DNA of 44,986 nt, from positions 1 through 44,986 of the forward strand of contig CADARG010000001.1 in the NCBI GenBank assembly GCA_902790255.1, written 5' to 3'. Positions within the stretch are counted from its first letter, which is position 1; every line of letters begins with the position of its first letter. Shown piece after piece: positions 36,371 through 44,839 of the stretch. Position numbers and translations under genes: made by a program. Source of the stretch: an uncultured Pseudomonadota bacterium (lineage in GTDB: Bacteria > Pseudomonadota > Alphaproteobacteria > UBA3830). The notes beneath the pieces are model-generated. The model had not been told where the DNA came from. It did no database searches and saw nothing but the letters and a program-made list of their open reading frames with translations.

Positions 36371-37036
36371 ATGAAATATTTAGTAGGTTTAACGGCATGT
36401 TGTTTGATATTAACTGGATGTAGTGAAAATAAGTTTGCACCGCCTAGTGAGTTAGAAGAAGCAAAAATTGACATAACAGAAAACAAGGTTACTCACTTTT
36501 TTGGTGTAGATAACAATTTTGAGATGTCGGCAGCCGATTTGGTAAAACTAGAAAAATTGTTGAAAAATTCAAAAGGGGAAGGAATTGAAAATGTCGGATT
36601 TTTGATAATTTCAGATTCTCCGGTTTTAACCGCTCAGAAGAAAGCCCTTTCAGGTCAGGTGAAATCAAAAATGATCAGAGCAGGATTCCTGGAGAGTCGA
36701 ATTATGGATTCGGGAGTTTGTATATACAAAGATGCTAAAAAAGGAGTCAGAGTTGATATCTTGAAATACGATCTTCAGAGGACGGATATTAGCTTATGGT
36801 CTGATTTTGTCGGTGATTGTGACATAGAGAAATCGTTGCCCCATTACGGACGGGCTACGAATTATAATACAGAAGAGATGGTATCCAACAGCGCGGATCT
36901 TATATCTCCAAGAAAGTATAAGGGGCAAAAGATTGAACATGCGATTAGTGCAATGAGCGGAGCTGGATCGAGTGGAGGAGGAAGTTCGTCATCATCTTCT
37001 TCATCAAGTAGCAGTTCGTCGAGTTCATCCAAATAG
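36371..37036 (+). CDS. cpaD: Pilus assembly lipoprotein, CpaD-like by position, with a C-terminal poly-Ser tail
   Basis: Lipobox LILTGC. Located between cpaC and cpaE as in Caulobacter-type loci. Ends GSSGGG followed by 16 Ser and a Lys. Start moved to ATG 36371, preceded by ggagg. Confidence 0.5.
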   Translation: MKYLVGLTACCLILTGCSENKFAPPSELEEAKIDITENKVTHFFGVDNNFEMSAADLVKLEKLLKNSKGEGIENVGFLIISDSPVLTAQKKALSGQVKSKMIRAGFLESRIMDSGVCIYKDAKKGVRVDILKYDLQRTDISLWSDFVGDCDIEKSLPHYGRATNYNTEEMVSNSADLISPRKYKGQKIEHAISAMSGAGSSGGGSSSSSSSSSSSSSSSSK

Positions 37037-37050
37037 AAAGGAGATTTGTT

Positions 37051-38289
37051 ATGGCTAAGAATGCATCCGAATTACCTCACAACTTAGTGGCTTTCGTAAA
37101 TGATCCCGTTTCCGAACAGGTTATATGGAATGTCATAAAAGAAATGAACATGGCTTATGCCGAAGCTAAAATGGGAGGCATTGCAGACGCTTTGGAATTT
37201 TTGAAAACGAATAGAAGTCCGAAAGTGTTGATCGTTGATGTTTCCAACTCAGAGCTTCCGTTGGGAGATATCGAAAAGGTAAAAGAATTCAGTGCCCCTA
37301 ATATTTCAATTATAGTAATTGGTTCGAGAAATGAGGTCGGATTATTCAGAGATTTGAAGGCAGCCGGTGTTGTTGACTATATAGTTAAACCTCTTAGTAA
37401 CATCTTGTTACGAAGGGCGATAGAACAGGCCAATGGAATAAAAAATGAGGTTCAGAAAGAAGGAAAGTTGATCCACGTGATGAGCGCAACTGGAGGAGCT
37501 GGAGCGACGACAGTTGTTGCAAACGTGGGGTGGTTATTAGCGAACAAACGATTTAAGCGTACTTTGGTTATGGATTTAGATTTTTTGTACGGAACGACGA
37601 ATTTGCTGCTGGATATAAAAGCGGAAAATGCCTATCTGGATATTTTGGAGTCTCCAGATAAAATAGATGATTATTTCACTGAAACGATTCTGAAAAAATG
37701 TACGCAGAGATTATATTACTTGGGAGGATTGTGCGATTTGGTTAGAGGCATACAAGTTGATATACAAGCTTTTGATGCTCTGATGGCAATATTGAAGAAG
37801 CAATTTAACTATATTTTGGTTGATGCTCAGCGAGATTTGAACGAAATAAATAAAGTTTCCATGAAGAAAGCTGATAGCTTTATAATTATGGTTGAAATGA
37901 CTATGGCGTCCGCTCAAAATGCAGCAAGACTACTTGAGTTAATATCAGTCGAGTATAACAATAAAAAAATTATCATAATTGACAATAAAAATGGACTTTC
38001 CAGTTCAGGTGCTATTACAAAAGAGTCGTTTGAAGAAGTAATAGGTCGAAAAATAGATTATGTTATGCCTTTAGACGAAACTATAACTCTTGCAGCGGCA
38101 AATATAGGTCAACCTTTGGTAGTTTCAGATGGTCCTTTGACTGAAATTTTAGACGCAGTTACCGATGACGTTCTTGGTAAAAATGAGAATCAAGCAATTG
38201 CCCAAGCGATATCGGAAAGAGAAGATTTCAGCTTTGAGAAAATTAAAAATGAGATTCTCGTTATGCTTGGTAAGTTTATGAAAAAATAG
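37051..38289 (+). CDS. cpaE: CpaE/TadZ: receiver-like domain fused to a MinD/ParA-like ATPase with a degenerate Walker A
   Basis: The N-terminal roughly 125 aa has CheY-like landmarks (D18, D63, S92, K113-P114). The ParA-like domain has SATGGAGATT where KGGxGK[ST]T is expected. Confidence 0.8.
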   Translation: MAKNASELPHNLVAFVNDPVSEQVIWNVIKEMNMAYAEAKMGGIADALEFLKTNRSPKVLIVDVSNSELPLGDIEKVKEFSAPNISIIVIGSRNEVGLFRDLKAAGVVDYIVKPLSNILLRRAIEQANGIKNEVQKEGKLIHVMSATGGAGATTVVANVGWLLANKRFKRTLVMDLDFLYGTTNLLLDIKAENAYLDILESPDKIDDYFTETILKKCTQRLYYLGGLCDLVRGIQVDIQAFDALMAILKKQFNYILVDAQRDLNEINKVSMKKADSFIIMVEMTMASAQNAARLLELISVEYNNKKIIIIDNKNGLSSSGAITKESFEEVIGRKIDYVMPLDETITLAAANIGQPLVVSDGPLTEILDAVTDDVLGKNENQAIAQAISEREDFSFEKIKNEILVMLGKFMKK

Positions 38290-38302
38290 TAGGAGAGTTT
38301 AA

Positions 38303-39649
38303 ATGGCTGATGAAACAAAAGATGCGATAGCGGAAGAATCTCCTTTACTTACAGTCTTTCGTAAAGAAGCCCATGATACAATGTTAAATCGAATTAACTT
38401 GGCAACGGCTTTCAAATTGACTCCTCAAGAGTTAAGAACCGAAATCGAAAACTTCGTTTTTGATTTCGCGCAAGAACGTCGAGCACAGATTACCAAGCGT
38501 GAACAGGTTGGAATAGCTCGAGAGTTAGTTGACGACATGATCGGACTCGGGCCTTTGGAAATTTTGATAGATGATGATACGATCTCAGATATTGTTGTTA
38601 ATGGACCATTTCAGATATACGTTGAAAGACGTGGTGTTATGCAATTGGTTCCGGTAAAATTTCGAGACGATGCTCACCTTATGCAAATCGCACAACGAAT
38701 TGCACATAGAGTAGGGCGTCGAGTTGATACTTCCAGTCCTTTATGTGACGCTCGTCTTCCTGATGGAAGTCGTGTTAATATAGTCGTTCCTCCGATCGCT
38801 CTGGATGGTGCATCTATTTCAATTCGTAAATTTTCCAAGAAAGCGATGGATTTGCATAATTTGGCATCACACGATAGTTTAACAGAGGAAATGGTACGAG
38901 TTTTGCAGATAGCAGCAACTTGCGGACTAAATATTATTGTTTCAGGTGGTACCGGTTCTGGAAAAACTACAATGCTGAATGCATTATCCCAACTTATAGA
39001 TCCTCGTGAACGTATTGTGACATGTGAGGATGCTGCGGAGCTAAAATTGCAGCAGCCACACGTGGTTCGTTTGGAAAGCCGTCCGCCTAACATCGAAGGA
39101 AAAGGTGAAATAACCATTCGAGATTTGGTTAAAAACGCCCTTCGTATGAGACCTGATCGAATAGTTATCGGAGAGGTTCGAGGTGAAGAATGTATCGATA
39201 TGTTACAGGCTATGAACACAGGTCACGATGGATCTATGTCAACAATTCACGCTAACAGGGCCCGAGAGGCATTTATTCGTTTGGAAAACATGGTCGCGAT
39301 GTCTGGATTTGATTTACCTAGCGAGATAGTGAGAGCGCAAATAGCAGGTGCAATTAATATGATTGTCCAGACAGAGCGACTTCATGATGGTACTAGAAAA
39401 ATTACTGAAATCGTTGAAGTGACGGGGATCAGTGAAAGGGGAGATATTCAGTACCAACATTTATTCAAATTTGTTCCAATAGGAGAGTCAGAAGATCACA
39501 AAGTCATCGGTAGATTCGAAGCAAAGGTGGAACAACCGGCATTTTTAGATAAAGCTATAACTTATGGTCTTGATAAGGAGTTACTGGACGTAATGAGAAC
39601 AGCGATTGAGAAAAACGGAGGCGAAATAAATGATAGCGACTCTTATTGA
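38303..39649 (+). CDS. cpaF: Tad/Cpa secretion ATPase CpaF/TadA (VirB11/GspE superfamily)
   Basis: Walker A GGTGSGKTT, Asp box, Walker B RIVIGEVRG, and His box GHDGSMSTIHAN. Confidence 0.94.
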   Translation: MADETKDAIAEESPLLTVFRKEAHDTMLNRINLATAFKLTPQELRTEIENFVFDFAQERRAQITKREQVGIARELVDDMIGLGPLEILIDDDTISDIVVNGPFQIYVERRGVMQLVPVKFRDDAHLMQIAQRIAHRVGRRVDTSSPLCDARLPDGSRVNIVVPPIALDGASISIRKFSKKAMDLHNLASHDSLTEEMVRVLQIAATCGLNIIVSGGTGSGKTTMLNALSQLIDPRERIVTCEDAAELKLQQPHVVRLESRPPNIEGKGEITIRDLVKNALRMRPDRIVIGEVRGEECIDMLQAMNTGHDGSMSTIHANRAREAFIRLENMVAMSGFDLPSEIVRAQIAGAINMIVQTERLHDGTRKITEIVEVTGISERGDIQYQHLFKFVPIGESEDHKVIGRFEAKVEQPAFLDKAITYGLDKELLDVMRTAIEKNGGEINDSDSY

Positions 39650-40646
39650 TTCTTTATTTTTCTTCTTTTGTTCTTTTTTCTGTACATATACGGTTTATAT
39701 GTTGATATCCAAGCCTTCTGTAAAAAAAGGAGAGGGAGAGGAAGAAACATCTGAAGCTAAAATAAAAAGACGATTAAGAATGCTGTCTAAGCAACAGGAT
39801 ATGCTTTTGGAAACTGCTGGTGCAGATAAAATTTCAACATTCGCAAGAAACGATTTTCAGGGAGGAGATGAAACTAGCGATCAAACTCAAAACGTTGTGA
39901 ACAAAATAAGACGTATAATGAAAAAAGCAGGTATTACGGATATAACAGTTGGTCATTTTGTGATTTATTGTTTTTTAGGAGGAGTCGCAATGTCTGTAGT
40001 TGTCCTGTATTTTGAATTTTTGAATGCATTGACAGGTATTCCTGTAGGTATGTGTGTCGGATCATATTTGGTATATAACTACTTGAAGTCCAGAGCAGAT
40101 AGCAAAAAGATGGAATTTCTTAAATTGTTTCCGGATGCTATCGATATGATGATTCGAGGAGTGAAGGCTGGATTAAATATCGGGCGTATCATGAAGTTGG
40201 TTAGTGTGGAGTCGAAAGACCCTGTAGCCAGTGAATATCAGATAATTAGTCAAAAACTTGATTTAGGTGTTGAGCCGGAGAAAGTTTTACAAGAGGCTGC
40301 CGATAGAATTGATTTAGAGGAATTTAGGTTTTTAGTTGTTGCGTTAGTACTTCAGATGGAAAATGGAGGTATGTTGGGAGAAATTTTAGCAAATCTCAGC
40401 AGTATCGTGAGAAAAAGGCTTGAGTTGGGGTTGAAACTTAAAGCTATGTCCGCTGAAGCCAGAATGTCTGCTATAGTTCTCAGCGCTTTGCCGTTTATAT
40501 TCGCAGGTATTATGGCTCTTTTGAATCCGTCTCATTTGAAAACATTTACAGAAACAGGATCAGGTCAAACCCTTCTAAAAATCCTGATAGTACTCTTTTC
40601 CATGGGAACTTTTTTTATGTTAAAGGCAACGAAAATAAAGGTGTAA
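39630..40646 (+). CDS. tadB: Tad pilus inner-membrane platform protein TadB (T2SS-F domain)
   Basis: TM-cytoplasmic helical domain-TM architecture. FPDAIDMMIRGVKAGLNI is typical of the GspF/TadB family. Follows cpaF. Confidence 0.8.
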   Translation: MIATLIDSLFFFFCSFFCTYTVYMLISKPSVKKGEGEEETSEAKIKRRLRMLSKQQDMLLETAGADKISTFARNDFQGGDETSDQTQNVVNKIRRIMKKAGITDITVGHFVIYCFLGGVAMSVVVLYFEFLNALTGIPVGMCVGSYLVYNYLKSRADSKKMEFLKLFPDAIDMMIRGVKAGLNIGRIMKLVSVESKDPVASEYQIISQKLDLGVEPEKVLQEAADRIDLEEFRFLVVALVLQMENGGMLGEILANLSSIVRKRLELGLKLKAMSAEARMSAIVLSALPFIFAGIMALLNPSHLKTFTETGSGQTLLKILIVLFSMGTFFMLKATKIKV

Positions 40647-40647
40647 C

Positions 40648-41619
40648 ATGAGAGAACCATTTTTAGATATAATTACTTTGTTCGTTACTTTGGCTGTTTA
40701 TATATGGGTAAAACCGTATGCTAATGCATGGACTTACAAGATGGTGAGCAGCATAAGAGTTGCAACCAGAATCAGAAAAGTAGGAGTACAGGCCTCAGAA
40801 GTTGAAGGTAATCTAGGGGACGAAGAGGATGAGAACATTGGTTTAAGTAAAAAAGGTCCGATGTTTGGAGAAAATAAGTTATTCAATTTTATAGGAGAAA
40901 GATATCCTGACTTAATAGAAAATATGAAGTTGCTGCTTGTAAAAGCGGGTATAAGGCATGATAGTGCAATGGAAGAATTTATGACGGCTAAATTTACTTC
41001 TGGCCTTGCGATTTTTCTCATAATATTGCTTCTATTGGGAACAAATGATTTTGATATACCTTTTTATTTGACGTGTTTGATAGGAGTAATAGGAGGAATA
41101 ATAGGAGGACATAAATTAACGGATTTAAACTACGAAATGATAGCTAATCAGAGAAAAGAAGCTATTGACAAAGGAGTTCCTGATTTAGTCGATTTGTTGG
41201 TTATCTGTACGGAATCCGGATTAGACCTCACAAAATCCATCAGAAGAATTGCTCGAGAAATGAGAACTTCTAATCCTGTTTTGGCAGATGAGCTCAGTTT
41301 AACATCAATTGAGCTGGAAATGATACCGGATCATAGGCAGGTTTTTACAAATTTGGAAAACAGGACTGATTGTCTTGAGATTAAAACTATTTCAAAAACA
41401 TTGAGTCAAGCTCTTGAATATGGTTCATCACTATCAACATCATTGAAAGAATTAGCTGTTGAAGCAAGAGAAAAGCGAATGCTTGAAGCTGAAGGAAAAG
41501 CAGCACAAGCTCCGACATTATTGACGTTACCTATGATGTTTTTCATCATGCCATGTTTGTTTATAGTTATGTTGGGGCCTGTTATCATAGGAATGTTAGA
41601 CTCTTTCTCATCGAAATAA
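40648..41619 (+). CDS. tadC: Tad pilus inner-membrane platform protein TadC (T2SS-F domain)
   Basis: Paralogous architecture to tadB. VPDLVDLLVICTESGLDL motif and a C-terminal TM pair. Confidence 0.8.
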   Translation: MREPFLDIITLFVTLAVYIWVKPYANAWTYKMVSSIRVATRIRKVGVQASEVEGNLGDEEDENIGLSKKGPMFGENKLFNFIGERYPDLIENMKLLLVKAGIRHDSAMEEFMTAKFTSGLAIFLIILLLLGTNDFDIPFYLTCLIGVIGGIIGGHKLTDLNYEMIANQRKEAIDKGVPDLVDLLVICTESGLDLTKSIRRIAREMRTSNPVLADELSLTSIELEMIPDHRQVFTNLENRTDCLEIKTISKTLSQALEYGSSLSTSLKELAVEAREKRMLEAEGKAAQAPTLLTLPMMFFIMPCLFIVMLGPVIIGMLDSFSSK

Positions 41620-41683
41620 AAAATATTGAAATTTCGAGGTACATATACTAGTATTATACACTTGTTAGTGGCTGGAGGAGTTT

Positions 41684-42088
41684 ATGGCTCGTATAACTGT
41701 TGAAGATTGTGAGAAAGTCGTAAAAAATCGTTTTGATCTGGTAGTACTTGCTGCGCAGAGGACGCGTCAAATGTTGGCGGGAGATGAAATTACCGTAGAG
41801 GCTAATGATGAAAAAAAACCGGTAATTGCTTTAAGAGAGATTGCAGCTCGTACGGTTTCCGTTGATGATCTGAAAGAAGCGACAATTAACAGTTTTCGTT
41901 CGTTTTTGCCTTCAGATGAGGAGGAAGAGGATTTGGATGATATAATTGAAGAAGATACCTATAATCCGTATGAGAGCTTGTCCGTAAAAGCGATTGAAAA
42001 AGAGGGAGTTCAGGTCGTTAGCGAAAGCGAAATTGAGAATTCCGACGATTCGGTCGATTCTGATAACTCGACAGATAGTGAAGAGTGA
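41684..42088 (+). CDS. rpoZ: DNA-directed RNA polymerase subunit omega (with a long acidic C-terminal tail)
   Basis: MARITVEDCEKVVKNRFDLVVLAAQRTRQ is the canonical omega N-terminus. Confidence 0.92.
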   Translation: MARITVEDCEKVVKNRFDLVVLAAQRTRQMLAGDEITVEANDEKKPVIALREIAARTVSVDDLKEATINSFRSFLPSDEEEEDLDDIIEEDTYNPYESLSVKAIEKEGVQVVSESEIENSDDSVDSDNSTDSEE

Positions 42089-42169
42089 TAAATTGAAAGT
42101 GGCGGTTTGTTTTTTGGCCTGATTATTCTTGAAAAAGTTTTTATATTGGGCTATAAAGGCATCGATTGT

Positions 42170-42256
42170 GCGGTCGTGGCGGAATTGGTAGACGCGTAGC
42201 GTTGAGGTCGCTATGAAAATTGTTTCGTGGAAGTTCAAGTCTTCTCGACCGCACCA
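42170..42256 (+). tRNA. tRNA-Leu (anticodon GAG)
   Basis: GCGGTCG acceptor pairs with CGACCGC followed by ACCA. Anticodon stem TAGCG/CGCTA with loop TTGAGGT. Long variable arm and T-loop TTCAAGT. 87 nt. Confidence 0.9.
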
Positions 42257-42291
42257 GTAGTTTTTGGTGTTCTAGGTGTAAAGTTGTGAAA

Positions 42292-43032
42292 ATGGATGCT
42301 TTAGTTGTCATACCGGCGCGTATTTCGTCGACTAGGTTGCCGGGAAAGGTTTTAGCGGATATAAGCGGTAAGCCTTTGATTGTTCGGGCTTATGAATGTG
42401 CGATGTCTTCACATGTTGGTGATGTTATCGTTGCGTGTGATGACTTAAAAGTAAAGGATGCAATAGAAGGTATCGGTGGAACAGCGGTGCTGACTAATCC
42501 AGATCTTCCGTCTGGCACAGATCGAGTGTTCGAAGCGTGGCAAAAATTTGATAGCGAAAAAAGATACGAATATATAATTAACGTGCAGGGAGACCTTCCT
42601 TTTGTTGATTCTGTGTTTGTTCAGGAGGCAGCTGAAGTTGTTAGAAAATCGAGTTATGATATATCCACTCTTGCTACTCCGATCAAAGATGAGTCTTATC
42701 AATGCTCCAGCACGGTGAAACCGATAATTTCTTTTACGGATTCGGATTCTAAAAGTGGAAAAGTTCTCTATTTTAGTAGGTCAGCGATTCCTTATGGTGG
42801 TCCTTATTATAATCATGTTGGAATTTATTGTTTTCGCGCTGAATCGTTGACAAGGTTCGTTAATCTTCCGCAGAGTACTCTTGAGAAGTCAGAAAAGCTT
42901 GAACAGCTGCGTGCATTAGAAAATGGGATGAGTATAGGAATTACCGTTATAGATAAAGATTCTCCGATTAGTATCGATACTTATGAAGATTTGGAGAAAG
43001 CCAGGGCTTATGCGCAAAAAAAAGAAGTGTAA
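42292..43032 (+). CDS. kdsB: 3-deoxy-manno-octulosonate cytidylyltransferase (CMP-Kdo synthetase)
   Basis: MDALVVIPARISSTRLPGKVLADISGKPLI and NVQGDLPF. Start moved to ATG 42292 because the ORF-track start 42220 lies inside tRNA-Leu. Confidence 0.92.
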   Translation: MDALVVIPARISSTRLPGKVLADISGKPLIVRAYECAMSSHVGDVIVACDDLKVKDAIEGIGGTAVLTNPDLPSGTDRVFEAWQKFDSEKRYEYIINVQGDLPFVDSVFVQEAAEVVRKSSYDISTLATPIKDESYQCSSTVKPIISFTDSDSKSGKVLYFSRSAIPYGGPYYNHVGIYCFRAESLTRFVNLPQSTLEKSEKLEQLRALENGMSIGITVIDKDSPISIDTYEDLEKARAYAQKKEV

Positions 43033-43092
43033 CCCATCGTTGTGGATAAATTGTTCGTCATAGATATGCACAGTTTTTATTTTTTCAGGTTT

Positions 43093-43590
43093 TTATGAAA
43101 TTGATTTCAGTTCGGCATCAAATTCAAATACCCCGATGTCTGACGATTGCATTTTTCTAAGTCGGTTCAGTAGATTTAATGCATCTAATTCAGATTTCAG
43201 ATGATATTCGAAGAAATTCATTACAAATTGTTGCATTATGAAATCTTTATCTGCAAGGGCAGATTCGTAGACAACGGATATCATCCCAGATAACTCTTGT
43301 TCTTGACGATATATCTCCTCAAAAATATGAAGAGGAGCTCTCCAATCCTGGCGAGAAGCTGGAATAGGCGCCAACTTAAACTTAATACCCCTGTTCTCCA
43401 AGTGATGGAAAACCTCCATAGCTTTTAAACGATTGTTCTCGGATTTTTCCAAACACCAATCGGCACAATTAATTAGCCCCATGTTTCTAAGTGTACAAGA
43501 CATAGCCAGAAAGTTATACGACATCGTAAACTCCCTTAACATGTACCTACTGGCGGCTTCAAAAGATCTCTTTCCCAACGTTATTGACAT
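43093..43590 (-). CDS. Ferritin-like protein with apparently degenerate ferroxidase ligands
   Basis: 165 aa with a four-helix ferritin-like pattern. It aligns by eye with bacterial ferritin (..REFTMSYNFL.., ..IYRQEQEL.., ..FFEYHLKSEL..). Confidence 0.55.
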   Translation of the reverse strand: MSITLGKRSFEAASRYMLREFTMSYNFLAMSCTLRNMGLINCADWCLEKSENNRLKAMEVFHHLENRGIKFKLAPIPASRQDWRAPLHIFEEIYRQEQELSGMISVVYESALADKDFIMQQFVMNFFEYHLKSELDALNLLNRLRKMQSSDIGVFEFDAELKSIS

Positions 43591-43645
43591 ATCACACTCC
43601 GTATACAGTTATACAGATTATGCCAACAAATAGTTAAGATATCGT

Positions 43646-43864
43646 TTATTTTGATCTGAAAGTTATGCGACCTTTTGTGAAATCATAGGTCGTCATTTCG
43701 ACGTTCACTTTATCTCCCACCAAAACGCGAATTCTATTTTTTTTCATTCTCCCGGAAGTATGCGCCAGTATAACATGCCCATTTTCTAACTTAACTCTGA
43801 ACATAACATTAGGTAATACCTCGATGACTTCTCCAGTAAACTCAATCAAATCTTCTTTAGCCAT
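43646..43864 (-). CDS. infA: Translation initiation factor IF-1
   Basis: [53 protein letters not shown], the canonical IF-1 sequence. 72 aa. Confidence 0.96.
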   Translation of the reverse strand: MAKEDLIEFTGEVIEVLPNVMFRVKLENGHVILAHTSGRMKKNRIRVLVGDKVNVEMTTYDFTKGRITFRSK

Positions 43865-44026
43865 GAAATCTCCACAAATTCAACGGAATGTTACAACAGA
43901 CAGCCAATTTTTACAAGTTTCGATATGATCTGTTCAGAATTTATATGTTCGAATATTGAACAAAACTAAAAATTCGGTCCTATCTATATGATTTATAAAA
44001 GTTTTTCGGAATTTTGGTATTTTTTA

Positions 44027-44055
44027 TTGATATCATTTTTTAAAAGATGTATAAG
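44027..44055 (+). promoter_or_regulatory. Candidate sigma70-type promoter for rpsF-rpsR
   Basis: TTGATA (44027-44032), a 17-nt spacer, then TATAAG (44050-44055), about 50 nt upstream of the rpsF ATG. Confidence 0.35.
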
Positions 44056-44107
44056 TAACCATGGCAGAGGAGAGTGTGGTGCTTTCCCATTTATTAATGG
44101 TAAGAAT

Positions 44108-44539
44108 ATGACATTATACGAAAACATTTTTATAGGTCGTCAGGATCTTTCTCAGCAGCAGATCGAAGCGTTGGGAGTAGGGCTTGGTTTGTATATTTCT
44201 CAGAACGGAGGAACTGTTGTTCGCAGTGAGTACTGCGGATTGAGAAAGCTAGCTTATCCTATTAAGAAAAATCATAAAGGACATTATTATATTATCCAAA
44301 TGAAAGCGACGGGAGCTATCGTTTCGGAATTGAGTCGTAACATGAAGATTAATGAAGACATTATTCGTCACTTAATTGTAAAAGTTGATGCTTTTGAGGA
44401 TAAGGAAAATTTAATTTCTCAGGCCAAAACTTATGGAGATGATGCTGGGACGAAAGATGTCGGATATCGAGCAGCGAATAGCAAAATCGATGTGATAAAA
44501 GAAGAGAACAGCGAAGAAAAAGCTGAGGCAGGGGAGTAA
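44108..44539 (+). CDS. rpsF: 30S ribosomal protein S6 (with an acidic C-terminal tail)
   Basis: [18 protein letters not shown] matches the S6 N-terminus pattern (M..YE..F....d.s...). The ORF-track start 43988 adds an implausible 40-aa extension. Confidence 0.9.
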   Translation: MTLYENIFIGRQDLSQQQIEALGVGLGLYISQNGGTVVRSEYCGLRKLAYPIKKNHKGHYYIIQMKATGAIVSELSRNMKINEDIIRHLIVKVDAFEDKENLISQAKTYGDDAGTKDVGYRAANSKIDVIKEENSEEKAEAGE

Positions 44540-44543
44540 AGTT

Positions 44544-44795
44544 ATGAAAGAAGAGAAAAAAGATAGAGGCTGGAAGAAAAGCAATCTTAACTACAGGAGA
44601 AGAAAGTGTCCTTTTGAAAGCGGTGTGATGAAGATTGATTACAAAGATCCGCGTACGTTACAAAAATTCATCTCCGAAAGAGGGAAGATTATGCCTTGCA
44701 GAATTTCGATGGTGTCTTCCAGAAAACAGAGGGCTTTGGCTCTTGCCATTAAGAGAGCGAGATATTTGGCGTTGTTGCCGTATGTTTCCGACTAA
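44544..44795 (+). CDS. rpsR: 30S ribosomal protein S18
   Basis: [57 protein letters not shown], the canonical S18 sequence. Confidence 0.94.
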   Translation: MKEEKKDRGWKKSNLNYRRRKCPFESGVMKIDYKDPRTLQKFISERGKIMPCRISMVSSRKQRALALAIKRARYLALLPYVSD

Positions 44796-44815
44796 GGTGA
44801 ACTTTTTGATTTAAG

Positions 44816-44839
44816 ACCGTCCTTTTGGGCGGTTTTTTA
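44816..44839 (+). terminator. Rho-independent terminator after rpsR
   Basis: gaccgtcc-tttt-gggcggt hairpin (7 bp including one G-U) followed by tttttt, 20 nt after the rpsR stop. Confidence 0.6.

Noticed and set aside
42170-42256. tRNA-Leu as an integration site marking the Tad locus as a genomic island
   Set aside because: There is no integrase, no direct repeat of the tRNA 3' end and no mobility gene in view. rpoZ lies between the Tad genes and the tRNA, and base composition looks uniform by eye.
42220-42291. N-terminal extensions proposed by the ORF track (kdsB from 42220, rpsF from 43988, ssb from 4362, rpmI from 23148, BON lipoprotein from 19222, cpaD from 36359)
   Set aside because: The kdsB extension overlaps tRNA-Leu. 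The others add residues in front of canonical family N-termini or signal peptides and lack an RBS, whereas the internal starts are RBS-preceded. Starts were trimmed accordingly.
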